DNA from: Methylococcaceae bacterium UBA662
Lineage (GTDB): Bacteria > Pseudomonadota > Gammaproteobacteria > Methylococcales > Methylomonadaceae
Direction: 5' to 3'
Assembly (NCBI GenBank): GCA_002299425.1
Contig: DBNW01000055.1
Coordinates: 10,949-74,948, forward strand
DNA length: 64,000 nt
The notes beneath the pieces are model-generated. The model made no database searches, was not told the DNA's origin, and saw only the letters and a list, made by a program, of their open reading frames with translations. Numbering within the stretch: position 1 is the first letter of the stretch; every line of letters begins with the position of its first letter. The translations under genes and the position numbers were made by a program. Shown here piece after piece: positions 55,239 to 64,000 of the stretch.

Positions 55239-56486
55239 GTGAAAAAAATCGCAACCGTCCTGTTGCTGGCGTTTTACCCGCTTGCCAGCCCCGCACAAAT
55301 TTTTAGCACCGACATTTTTATGTCCAATCCCATCACCGGGGAAAGTGACAGCTTTCAGCGCACTTACCATGTCGCCCGGGATTTTTTTGACGACATGTCA
55401 CACGCCGGCTTCACGCGCCTGTTCCCGGACTATTCCATCAACTCGATCGTGCAGTCAACCAACATTTACAACGGCTTGGCTACCAACCTGTCCTTCCCGG
55501 TCAGCGGCAGCTCTAAGCTAATTTTTGAAATTCCAAAACTGGGTATCACCCGGACATTTAACGAACGCACCCGCGGCCAGTCCACCAACGCATTGGAACA
55601 TTACCTACGCAATGACATAAACGGCACTGCCTCTAAAATTGCCCGATACCAAATTGGCAACACCGGCACCTCACCGCTAGCCGGCAACCCCGCCAGCTTG
55701 CAAGGCCAGTTGGTGAACAGCAACTTTGACAACGCCGCCCGAGCCTCCTGGCCCACCGACGCCAGACCGCACCCATTTGCGGTGGGCGTAGGCGGTGGGA
55801 TTTACCGGCAACAAGATGTTAACACCAGCATTGTCATCATTCCTATCAGCCAAGCCATCAGCATCGATTCCGACCATCCGGGCAGAAAACTGCTGCTGAA
55901 CGGTCAGTTCAACCACGTCACTATCGGCCAAGCCGAATCCTTCCAAGGCAGCGTAGGCTTAGGCTACGCCCATCCTTTAACCGACAACTGGTCACTCGTA
56001 CCCAGCGTCAACTACGGCGCGATAGGCTCGGTGGACCTTTACAACCTCGGGCAAATTTTTTCCACCACCTTAACCAACAACTACCGCTTTAAGCTAGGTG
56101 ACTACACGCTCTCCACCGCCAACATGTTTGGCTATTACCAAACGCTGCCGTTAAACGTCGCCGGTGTCCACTCAAACCCTGACATCACCAACTACGTTCT
56201 TAAAAACGGTTTTTTTGTTGACAAAATACTGCCCTTCACGGCATTCGGGCATAGACTGAACGCCAAAGGCTTGTTCACGGATACCCAGTTTTTTGGCTCT
56301 GCCGTGTTTATTCGCCAGTTTAACGAGGTGGGCTTGCAAATTGACAGCGTCGATAAAGTGCAGTGGCTGGACACCCTCAGCTTTGGCCTGGCCGATGCCT
56401 TAAGTTTGAGTGCCAAGTATATGTTCAGTATAGAAAACCCGGACAACTTTGAGGGCTACGAAATTGGCATAGGCTACAGTTTTTAA
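55239..56486 (+). CDS. Hypothetical exported protein, probable outer-membrane beta-barrel
   Basis: TAAGG RBS, GTG start, signal peptide MKKIATVLLLAFYPLASPA, alternating beta-strand pattern, C-terminal YEIGIGYSF. Confidence 0.72.
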   Translation: MKKIATVLLLAFYPLASPAQIFSTDIFMSNPITGESDSFQRTYHVARDFFDDMSHAGFTRLFPDYSINSIVQSTNIYNGLATNLSFPVSGSSKLIFEIPKLGITRTFNERTRGQSTNALEHYLRNDINGTASKIARYQIGNTGTSPLAGNPASLQGQLVNSNFDNAARASWPTDARPHPFAVGVGGGIYRQQDVNTSIVIIPISQAISIDSDHPGRKLLLNGQFNHVTIGQAESFQGSVGLGYAHPLTDNWSLVPSVNYGAIGSVDLYNLGQIFSTTLTNNYRFKLGDYTLSTANMFGYYQTLPLNVAGVHSNPDITNYVLKNGFFVDKILPFTAFGHRLNAKGLFTDTQFFGSAVFIRQFNEVGLQIDSVDKVQWLDTLSFGLADALSLSAKYMFSIENPDNFEGYEIGIGYSF

Positions 56487-56524
56487 GCTTGCCTTACTCG
56501 CGCCGAAACGTGATGCGGATAATA

Positions 56525-56548
56525 CCACCGGGGCAACTAACCCGGTGG
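56525..56548. terminator. GC-rich hairpin between convergent genes
   Basis: CCACCGGG-N8-CCCGGTGG perfect stem. Confidence 0.55.
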
Positions 56549-56550
56549 CG

Positions 56551-59500
56551 TTATTCGTCGGTCTCGCCCTGCGGGGGCTTCCTCCAGCCCAACCAAAACC
56601 GGCTGGACGGCTGCGGCTGGGCAAAGTAATAGCCTTGGTATACCAAACACCCCCTAGCCCTCAGAAAGGCCAGTTGATCCTCTTTTTCCACGCCCTCGGC
56701 GACCACATCAAGGCCTAAGTTTTTTGCCATATGGATGATAGTTTCCACAATCACCGCATCGCTAGAGTTGCAGGTGACTTCTCCGACGAAATTTTTATCA
56801 ATTTTCAACTGGCTAAGCGGCAGATTTTTCAAATACAACAAAGACGAGTAGCCAATACCAAAATCATCCAGCGAAATTCTTACACCCATCGCTTGTAAAC
56901 AGCGCATTTTTGCGAGGGTGTCTGGCATGTTTTCAATCACACAACTTTCGGTCAGCTCGACCATCAACCGCTCTGCGTCCAGGTCGGAATTTTCCAGGGC
57001 AAAGCGTACCCGATCGACAAAATCCGCCTGCCTGAACTGTTTAGCACTGACATTAACGGCCACATGGTCAATGGTATTGCCTTGCAGTTGCCAGGCTTTC
57101 ACTTGTTGACACACCTCAGTTAAGGCCCATTGCCCAATTAACACGATCAGATGGCTTTCCTCCGCCAACGGAATGAACTCCGCTGGAGACATGGTGCCTT
57201 TGTCGGGGTGTGTCCAACGCACCAACGCTTCTGCACCCCAGAGTCTGCCTTCATGATCCACTTGGCTTTGGTAGTGCATGTGCAACTGCCCTTCTTGCAA
57301 AGCCTTGTGTAGATCACGCTCCAAGGTAAGCCGTCGGTCGGCGTGTTCGTGCATGCCCGGATTAAAAAATCTGACGCCGTTGCGCCCGGATTCCTTGGCC
57401 CAGTACATGGCAGTATCGGCGTGCTGAAGAATCGACTCGGCCGATTCGTGTGCATCTGGAAACAAGGCAATGCCGATGCTGACCGTAAAATGCCAGCTCA
57501 TCGCCAAGACGGTGTAAGGCAGGCTGATCGCCGCTAACAAGTGTTCGGCTAAGACCCGCGCACTTTCGGTCGCTTGCCGAACGCTTTCGCTGTCGCCCTG
57601 CACCAGCACAATGAACTCATCGCCGCTCAAGCGGGATACCGTGTCGCCCTCGTTCACTAAAGCCTTCAGGCGTTCTGCTACCTGCACCAGCAGCTCATTG
57701 CCAACAGCTTGGCCTGAGGCGTCATTAATGTTTTTGAACCGATCCAAATCCAAAAAAAACAAGGCTCCGTACCGACGCTGGGTTTTAGCACGGTCAATTT
57801 CGTAGCCTAGCCGCTCCAACAACAAGCGTCGGTTCGGCAGGTGCGTTAATGAATCGTAGTAGGCCAGGTCGTAGATTTCCCGCTCCGCAGCCTTAATTTC
57901 ACTGATATCAGAAAAAATTCCCACATAATGGGTGGTTTCACCCGCCTGATTTTTTACCGCTGTCAAGGTCAACCACTCTGGAAAAATTTGGCCTTTTTTG
58001 TTGCGGTTCCAAACCTCCCCTTCCCATCGGCCTGTGTCAGTCAAACTCTGGTACATGGCTTTATAAAAATGGCCGTCATGAATGCCCGATGCCAAAATTT
58101 TCGGGTTTTTGCCAATGACTTCGGCGGCTGAATAACCGGTAATGTCAGAAAACGCCTGATTAACTCGGAGTATGCTGTTTTTGTGGTCCGTCACCAGAAT
58201 GGCTTCATGAGACTGAAAGGTTGTCGCAGCAATCAGCAATTCTTGTTCGTTGTCTTTATGCTCAATAGTGATAGCGGTTACATGCGCCATCTGTTCAACA
58301 AACTCCAGCTCACAAGGCCCGGGGGCATACGGCTGGCTGTGGTAAAACGCAAAAGTCCCCAGAACACGGCCATCGGCCGCCACAATAGGCTGCGACCAAC
58401 AGGCCCTGAACGGGGTTTGCAGCATGATCTGGCGAATCGGTTGCCAATTCGGGTGGTTTAACAAATCCTCAGCCACCACGGTTTGTTTGGTAAATACGGC
58501 CGCCCCGCAACTGCCGACACTAGGGCCTAGTGTCAGGCCTTCCAGTGCTTGAATATAACTATCTGGCAAGCTAGGTCCCGAGGCGCAGTGCAGCGTTTGC
58601 CGGTTGGCATCGAACCGCATAATCGAAGCGCACCAGCCTGGGTACAAGCTCTCGCAGCTTAAGGTAATCGCGTCCAAAATGGTTTGCAACGGCCGGTTTT
58701 GCGCCAACAGCTCCAGCACTTGACTTTTTATTTCTTGTTGCGCCTGCAATTGCTTGCGCTGGGCTATTTCCGTCCTCAGGTGTTTGTTCGCCGTACGCAA
58801 AGCACCGGTTTTCTCCCGCACCAACGCGGCGATACCGGCGGTTTTTCCGGTCAACAACAACGCTCCTAAGCCGGTCATGGCACACAAGGTAAAACCACCC
58901 GCCAATAACCACCACACGGCCGAAGTGCGCTGCATCGCAAAAAAATCGGCTGCCGGCTGGTACTCAATTAGCCAAACCCGATCGGCAAAATTCAAATACC
59001 GACGATCGCTTAACTGCATGGCGTACCCGGTCTCTTGGGTGAATTCAGGCCGGTTGCTAAACAACAAACCCTGCGCTTGGCTGTCTTTGACAGACAGCCA
59101 GACTTGCACTATGGGCAGGGATTGCAAAATGCTTGTTAACTTGTCGCCGACCCGGAACACCGAGACGACAAAACCCAAAAAAACCCGTTCTCGTTCTAAC
59201 TCGGTCGTCAACGGGCGATTTTGTTGATAGACAGGGGTGTAAAGAACAATGCCGAGATTCTGGTTTTTTAGGTCTTGCACCAAGCGTACGCCCGGCGTGG
59301 CGACCGTGATGCCGCGCGCCACCGCAGCCTTAATGACCGGGCGTATGTTCGGATTGCTGCTGACATCAAAACCCAGCGCCTTTTCGTTGCCTTGCAGTGG
59401 TTCAACAAAGCGGATAGGAAAATAAAACGCTTGGTCTGGGCTGACCACCAAGCGGCCTTGGTCATCAAACCCCTTAATCAAAAATTCGCCTTTGCCCTCC

Positions 59501-60390
59501 AACACAGCACGCTGTTCATGGGTAATGCGAGGCGTCCATTCTAAAGCCAGCAGGGTGGGATGGGCCGCCAACAAAGCAGCCGCAAATTGCTTAAATTTGC
59601 CACCATCCACCGAATCCGAACTGTCAAAAAACGCTTTTAATGCCCAATTTGTTTTTATGCTCTGGTTTAGGTTTTGGTTAATTTCACCGTGCAAGACGCT
59701 CACCTGCTGGGCAAACAAGGTCTGTAGCCGCCCGATTTCCATGCGCTTGCTGTACTCAACCAGGGCTATCAGCACGACCAGCAAAAACAGCAACGGGTAG
59801 GTGATGAAGCGATGGCGCAGTTTCCAGAAAGCCTTTCCTTGGCTAAACGGCAAATAAATCAGCGGCGTAAAGATGATGACACCAATCGTATCGCCCACCC
59901 ACCAAATCAGCCAATACCGTAAAAAACCATCGGCATCGATCATGCCGCCATAAAGCAAGACGGTGCTGCCCAGGCTAGGGGCAACCAAACAACTGACCGG
60001 ACCCGCTAAGATCATGAAACGGAAAATTTTGCCTGCCTCGACTAAAGGGTCATCGCGCCCCACAAAACGGCGAATCAACCAGCTACCTAGCCAGGCCTGC
60101 AAGGTGCTGGCCGTACCGATAAAAAATACCGGCAGCCACGCCGTCCATTCACGCCCTGAACCGGAGTCCGGCAAAAAAACGTAGGCTTGGGTCAATACAG
60201 CACCTAAAATGAGACCCAACAAGGCCCGGTTGCCATAAACCAACAGACCCGCTAAAGCAATGCCGGCAGACGGCCAAACCGGACTCACCTGATAAGGCGG
60301 CACAATCAACCAATGGCCTAACAGGCCGCCGCCAAAATAACCCAACAGCAGCGCACCATTAATAAAAAAATTCGCTTTCAAATTAGCCAT
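56551..60390 (-). CDS. MASE1-CHASE-GAF-PAS-GGDEF-EAL c-di-GMP signalling protein
   Basis: VWPSAGIALA and WWVGD (MASE1); ALGFDV (CHASE); SCGAA..CWSQPI (GAF); PAS; DLDRFK, SGDEF; EALVRW, DDFGIGYSSL, AEGVE. Confidence 0.93.
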   Translation of the reverse strand: MANLKANFFINGALLLGYFGGGLLGHWLIVPPYQVSPVWPSAGIALAGLLVYGNRALLGLILGAVLTQAYVFLPDSGSGREWTAWLPVFFIGTASTLQAWLGSWLIRRFVGRDDPLVEAGKIFRFMILAGPVSCLVAPSLGSTVLLYGGMIDADGFLRYWLIWWVGDTIGVIIFTPLIYLPFSQGKAFWKLRHRFITYPLLFLLVVLIALVEYSKRMEIGRLQTLFAQQVSVLHGEINQNLNQSIKTNWALKAFFDSSDSVDGGKFKQFAAALLAAHPTLLALEWTPRITHEQRAVLEGKGEFLIKGFDDQGRLVVSPDQAFYFPIRFVEPLQGNEKALGFDVSSNPNIRPVIKAAVARGITVATPGVRLVQDLKNQNLGIVLYTPVYQQNRPLTTELERERVFLGFVVSVFRVGDKLTSILQSLPIVQVWLSVKDSQAQGLLFSNRPEFTQETGYAMQLSDRRYLNFADRVWLIEYQPAADFFAMQRTSAVWWLLAGGFTLCAMTGLGALLLTGKTAGIAALVREKTGALRTANKHLRTEIAQRKQLQAQQEIKSQVLELLAQNRPLQTILDAITLSCESLYPGWCASIMRFDANRQTLHCASGPSLPDSYIQALEGLTLGPSVGSCGAAVFTKQTVVAEDLLNHPNWQPIRQIMLQTPFRACWSQPIVAADGRVLGTFAFYHSQPYAPGPCELEFVEQMAHVTAITIEHKDNEQELLIAATTFQSHEAILVTDHKNSILRVNQAFSDITGYSAAEVIGKNPKILASGIHDGHFYKAMYQSLTDTGRWEGEVWNRNKKGQIFPEWLTLTAVKNQAGETTHYVGIFSDISEIKAAEREIYDLAYYDSLTHLPNRRLLLERLGYEIDRAKTQRRYGALFFLDLDRFKNINDASGQAVGNELLVQVAERLKALVNEGDTVSRLSGDEFIVLVQGDSESVRQATESARVLAEHLLAAISLPYTVLAMSWHFTVSIGIALFPDAHESAESILQHADTAMYWAKESGRNGVRFFNPGMHEHADRRLTLERDLHKALQEGQLHMHYQSQVDHEGRLWGAEALVRWTHPDKGTMSPAEFIPLAEESHLIVLIGQWALTEVCQQVKAWQLQGNTIDHVAVNVSAKQFRQADFVDRVRFALENSDLDAERLMVELTESCVIENMPDTLAKMRCLQAMGVRISLDDFGIGYSSLLYLKNLPLSQLKIDKNFVGEVTCNSSDAVIVETIIHMAKNLGLDVVAEGVEKEDQLAFLRARGCLVYQGYYFAQPQPSSRFWLGWRKPPQGETDE

Positions 60391-60495
60391 AACTTTTGCT
60401 TAAGCCAGCCACCCGCTTGTTTCTCCAGTTGAAACTAAAAATTTTAAACAATATTTAATCCGGCCTAACCCCACTCATTGCCTCCCAGGTACACC

Positions 60496-61260
60496 GTGCT
60501 AAACACCGTTTTCATACCCGCATTAACCGACAATTACAGTTATTTAATCAACGACCCGGTCACCGGGCAAACCGCCGCAGTCGACCCGGCCCTTGCCCAG
60601 CCGGTTTTAGCCGTTTTGGCACAAAATCGCTGGCAGCTAACTTTTATCCTCAATACCCACCACCACGACGATCATGTCGGCGGCAATGTGGCATTGCAGC
60701 AGCACACCGGTTGCACCGTTATTGCCGCCGAGTCCGATCGCCACCGCATCCCCGGCATCGGGGTAGGGGTCCGTGACGGCGACACGATTCAGTTAGGTAA
60801 ACACACCATGCGTATCATCGCCACGCCCGGCCACACCTTAGGCCACATCGTTTACTATTGCGCTGATGACGGCCTGTTGTTTTGCGGCGACACCTTGTTT
60901 GCCATGGGTTGTGGCCGCTTGTTTGAAGGCAGTGCTGAACAGCTCTGGCATTCCTTGCAAAAACTGAAACAACTGCCGCCTGAAACCCAAATTTACTGCG
61001 CCCACGAATACACCCAAGCCAATGCCCGCTTCGCCTTAAGCCTTGAACCCCACCACACCCGCCTCAAACAGCGCATGGAACAAGTAACCGAACTGCGCCG
61101 CCGCAACTTGCCCACCCTACCCACCACCTTAGCCGAAGAACTGGCCACCAACCCGTTCCTACGCGACCACGACCCCGCCATGCAACACGCCATCGGCATG
61201 ACCGGGAGCGAGCCGTTGGCCGTTTTTACCCAACTGCGCCGGATGAAAGACCGTTTTTAA
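60496..61260 (+). CDS. gloB: Hydroxyacylglutathione hydrolase (glyoxalase II)
   Basis: DNYSYL, THHHDDHVGG, TPGHT.GH, GDTLFAMGCGR, CAHEYT, NPFLR. Start (GTG 60496) uncertain. Confidence 0.94.
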   Translation: MLNTVFIPALTDNYSYLINDPVTGQTAAVDPALAQPVLAVLAQNRWQLTFILNTHHHDDHVGGNVALQQHTGCTVIAAESDRHRIPGIGVGVRDGDTIQLGKHTMRIIATPGHTLGHIVYYCADDGLLFCGDTLFAMGCGRLFEGSAEQLWHSLQKLKQLPPETQIYCAHEYTQANARFALSLEPHHTRLKQRMEQVTELRRRNLPTLPTTLAEELATNPFLRDHDPAMQHAIGMTGSEPLAVFTQLRRMKDRF

Positions 61261-61312
61261 TCGGTGAGCGGTTTCTTGTTCATCAAGAACAAGTAAAAAC
61301 GACGTTATCAAA

Positions 61313-62647
61313 TCACAGGCGAGCTAACTGACCCGGTTGTTTAAGATGTACCTGCAAACGAATGCAGGCATCCGCTTGTTCCTGGTAAAAATCGGCGGCT
61401 ATCCAAGTGTCGCCCACAGCCGCTAATTGATCGTCCAAATACAGCAACGGCAACAGTGCCCGCTGCCAGGGTGGAATGGCGGCTTCTTGGTACAACTTTT
61501 TTAGGCTATGACGGCCTTGCCGATGCGGCAGGCGGATGGTTTCACCGCCGCTGCGGAATCTCACTGCAACCCGCGCTTGCTGCCAACACGACAAAGCGAT
61601 ACCCGTCGAGGCGCGCAGCCACGCTAACTGCCTGCCATCGCCCAGAGCCAGCGTGGGCTGTTGGGTATCCCACAGCAAATCGGTGCAAAGAGGGGGCGTG
61701 GGCGGTGGCAAACAATACAGCGTGTCGCGGTAACGCCGCCAGCAGCGGCCCTGGCTGTACAACACCGGAACGCTGTCCGGGCGAGCCATCGCCACCTCAG
61801 CCAATAAGCGGCCAACAAAGGCTTCCGACGGCATTTTTAAGCCCAGACGCTGGCACCATTGCCGCAGCACTAAAGCTTGCTTGCCTTCCGGCAACGCCAA
61901 CAACAAGGGCAGATGTAACGTGTTATCGGCGGCGTTTAAAACCGGTATCAACGCGGCTGTGGCCATTTCGGCTAGGTGTTCTTGCGCCGCCCCGCAATGG
62001 CGAGCGGTGCGCGCCACTGTTTTGGCCAACGACGGCCAACGCTGTTTCAGTTGCGGCACGAGGGCGTTGCGCAAAAAATTGCGGTCAAAGTCGCCGTTTT
62101 GGTTGCTGGGGTCGTCCACCCAACACAACGCTTGGGCCAGCGCGTAAGCGTCTATCGCTGGCTTAGGGATGTTCAGCAATGGCCGTAACATCCGCCCTGC
62201 CCCTAACGGCAGGGCCACCGGCATCCCCGCTAAGCCTTGCACCCCGGCACCCCGAAACAATTGCAGCAACACCGTTTCCAGCTGATCATCCTGATGGTGC
62301 GCCACCAACACTGCATCATCCGCCGCCAGCAACGCCGCTAAGGCTTGGTAGCGGGCGCGGCGGGCGGCTTCTTCCGGGCTTTGTCCTGCCCGGGCGCGGG
62401 CATCCACTCGCAGCAGTTCAAAGCTTACACCCAGCCCTGCGGCACTGTGCTGGCAATGTTCACCCCATGCCTGTGCTTGTGCCTGCAAGCCGTGGTGCAC
62501 ATAAACTGCCGTCAAGCGGCTCCGCAAAGCCGGTACACCCGCACAAACGTGCAGCAAAACATGGGAATCGACACCGCCGCTGTAGGCTACATACAACCGG
62601 CCTGCAACCGCATGCTCATTTAAAAATGCTTTTATATCCAACAACAT
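61313..62647 (-). CDS. tilS: tRNA(Ile)-lysidine synthetase
   Basis: AYSGGVDS, VHHGLQ, EEAARRARY, AHHQDDQLET, RPLL, DPSN, RNFLR. Confidence 0.96.
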   Translation of the reverse strand: MLLDIKAFLNEHAVAGRLYVAYSGGVDSHVLLHVCAGVPALRSRLTAVYVHHGLQAQAQAWGEHCQHSAAGLGVSFELLRVDARARAGQSPEEAARRARYQALAALLAADDAVLVAHHQDDQLETVLLQLFRGAGVQGLAGMPVALPLGAGRMLRPLLNIPKPAIDAYALAQALCWVDDPSNQNGDFDRNFLRNALVPQLKQRWPSLAKTVARTARHCGAAQEHLAEMATAALIPVLNAADNTLHLPLLLALPEGKQALVLRQWCQRLGLKMPSEAFVGRLLAEVAMARPDSVPVLYSQGRCWRRYRDTLYCLPPPTPPLCTDLLWDTQQPTLALGDGRQLAWLRASTGIALSCWQQARVAVRFRSGGETIRLPHRQGRHSLKKLYQEAAIPPWQRALLPLLYLDDQLAAVGDTWIAADFYQEQADACIRLQVHLKQPGQLARL

Positions 62648-62836
62648 AAAAATGCAATCAACCATTAGCTAAGAATGGCTTTTAGCCTGCCTGTGTCGGC
62701 ACGGAGGGGGTACAAAGCGATGGCACTAACGACGCAGCCGGGCTAACACCCGCCCCTAACCGGCACAGCCGACGCGCTGGCGAAAGCGTTGCCGATAGCC
62801 CTATAATGGCCACACTTTAAACCGATGGAGAAATAA

Positions 62837-63847
62837 ATGCACGTTGTCACACTGATTAAAGGCGATGGCATCGGGCCGTCGATTATGGACGTAGCGGTTA
62901 AGGTCATAGCCGCCGCCGGTGCCAAAATTGAATGGGAAGAAGCCCACGCTGGCCTGGCCGCAATGACCCAATTCGGCAACCCGTTGCCCGAGGCCACCCT
63001 GGCCTCGTTCGATAAAACCCGCATCGCCTTCAAAGGCCCGTTGACTACGGTAGTCGGCACCGGTTTCCGCAGCATCAACGTCGCCCTGCGCCAACACTAC
63101 GAACTTTACGCCAACGTGCGTCCGGCCAAAAGCTGGCCCGGCATCAAAACCCGTTACGATGACGTGGACATCGTCATCGTGCGCGAAAACACCGAAGGCC
63201 TGTACTCTGGCCTGGAACATTACCTGACCCCGAAAAAAGACATTGCCGAAAGCTTAGCCGTAATCACCCGAACGGCTTCCGAGCGCATCGTCGATTATGC
63301 GTTTAAATACGCCCGCGACAACCAACGGCGCAAAGTCACCGTCTGCCACAAGGCCAACATTTTAAAATACACCCAAGGCCTGTTTTTGGATGTCGCCCGC
63401 GAAATTGCCCCGTGCTACCCCGACATCGAATTTGATGAAAAAATCATCGACGCCGCCTGCATGCACTTGGTAATGAACCCCCAGCAATTCGATGTTATCG
63501 TCACCACCAACCTGTTCGGCGACATTTTATCCGACCTGACCGCCGGCCTGGTCGGCGGCCTAGGGCTAATGCCCGGTGCCAACATCGGTGCCGACGCCGC
63601 CCTGTTTGAAGCCGTGCACGGCAGCGCCCCCGACATCGCCGGCAAAAACCTTGCCAACCCCACCGCCGTGATTATGGCCGGGGCGATGCTGCTGAACCAT
63701 TTAGGTGAACACGAAGCGGCGGACCGAATCGTCAACGCCGTGGTAAAAGTCGTCAACGAAGGCGTCCACGTCACACCGGATTTGAACCCAAACTCCAAAG
63801 CGGGCACGGTGGAAATGGGCGCGGCGATTGTGGCGGCGCTGGCATAA
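62837..63847 (+). CDS. icd: Isocitrate dehydrogenase, NAD-dependent/IDH3-like type
   Basis: GDGIGP, KGPLTT, RSINVALRQ, RENTEGLY, HKANILK, NLFGDILSD, FEAVHGSAPDIAGK; GGAG RBS. Confidence 0.88.
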   Translation: MHVVTLIKGDGIGPSIMDVAVKVIAAAGAKIEWEEAHAGLAAMTQFGNPLPEATLASFDKTRIAFKGPLTTVVGTGFRSINVALRQHYELYANVRPAKSWPGIKTRYDDVDIVIVRENTEGLYSGLEHYLTPKKDIAESLAVITRTASERIVDYAFKYARDNQRRKVTVCHKANILKYTQGLFLDVAREIAPCYPDIEFDEKIIDAACMHLVMNPQQFDVIVTTNLFGDILSDLTAGLVGGLGLMPGANIGADAALFEAVHGSAPDIAGKNLANPTAVIMAGAMLLNHLGEHEAADRIVNAVVKVVNEGVHVTPDLNPNSKAGTVEMGAAIVAALA

Positions 63848-63853
63848 CAATAC

Positions 63854-63887
63854 AGGTTGGGGTGACAACAAGAACCCCAACCTTTCT
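63854..63887 (+). terminator. Intrinsic terminator after icd
   Basis: AGGTTGGGGT-N10-ACCCCAACCT 10-bp stem followed by TTCT. Confidence 0.7.
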
Positions 63888-63951
63888 AAGCTTAAACATG
63901 GAATTCCGCCGCAACAGATATTGCGAAACAGGGTGATAAACAGGTAAGACA

Positions 63952-64000
63952 ATGAACACAACCTATCTCGAAAAAATAACCCAAGAAGTCCAACAAATGC
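63952..64000 (+). CDS. Start of a CDS truncated by the window end, possibly DUF2281-like small protein
   Basis: ATG after AGGTAAG; MNTTYLEKITQEVQQM resembles DUF2281 N-termini; only 16 codons visible. Confidence 0.35.
   Translation, partial: MNTTYLEKITQEVQQM

Noticed and set aside
1-64000. CRISPR arrays, tRNA/rRNA genes, IS elements, integrases, prophage genes
   Set aside because: No regularly spaced repeats, cloverleaf or rRNA signatures, or transposase/integrase motifs were recognised by eye; tRNAscan-SE, cmscan and ISEScan would confirm.

Overview
Mostly housekeeping chromosome of a gammaproteobacterium. It is probably an aerobic methanotroph of the Methylococcales; this is inferred from the Fae homologue, NAD-type isocitrate dehydrogenase, class I cytochrome c and overall gene content. 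About 62 CDS are present; no rRNA, tRNA, CRISPR array, transposase or prophage was recognised. Main blocks: hrcA-grpE-dnaK; yciB-yciI-bolA-PPIase; recJ; ArsR-rhodanese-secB-gpsA-PAP2; gpmI-envC-ctpA-SemiSWEET-fbp-adh; ABC-PHP-rraA-ispH-hslR; sugE-tusB-tusE/dsrC; a fae paralogue; a dynamin-like GTPase; pyrE, hemW, htpX, cysG, argG, mutL-miaA; an MCE/Mla-like ABC operon; DHH-cysC; PAS-PP2C and MASE1-CHASE-GAF-PAS-GGDEF-EAL signalling proteins; gloB, tilS, icd. The stand-out locus is 37012-42133 on the minus strand. It has a candidate sigma54 promoter with IHF-like and enhancer-like sites driving an unknown secreted Cys/His protein. This is followed by a TlpA thioredoxin, a DUF4266 lipoprotein, a large outer-membrane protein and an ApbE with no visible signal peptide. 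The outer-membrane protein fuses a DUF3570 barrel carrying a DxxSGAT flavinylation motif to a second His/Met-rich barrel. This looks like an outer-membrane redox module coupled to metal (possibly copper) handling; the function is a hypothesis. All family assignments are from motif recognition, not database searches.
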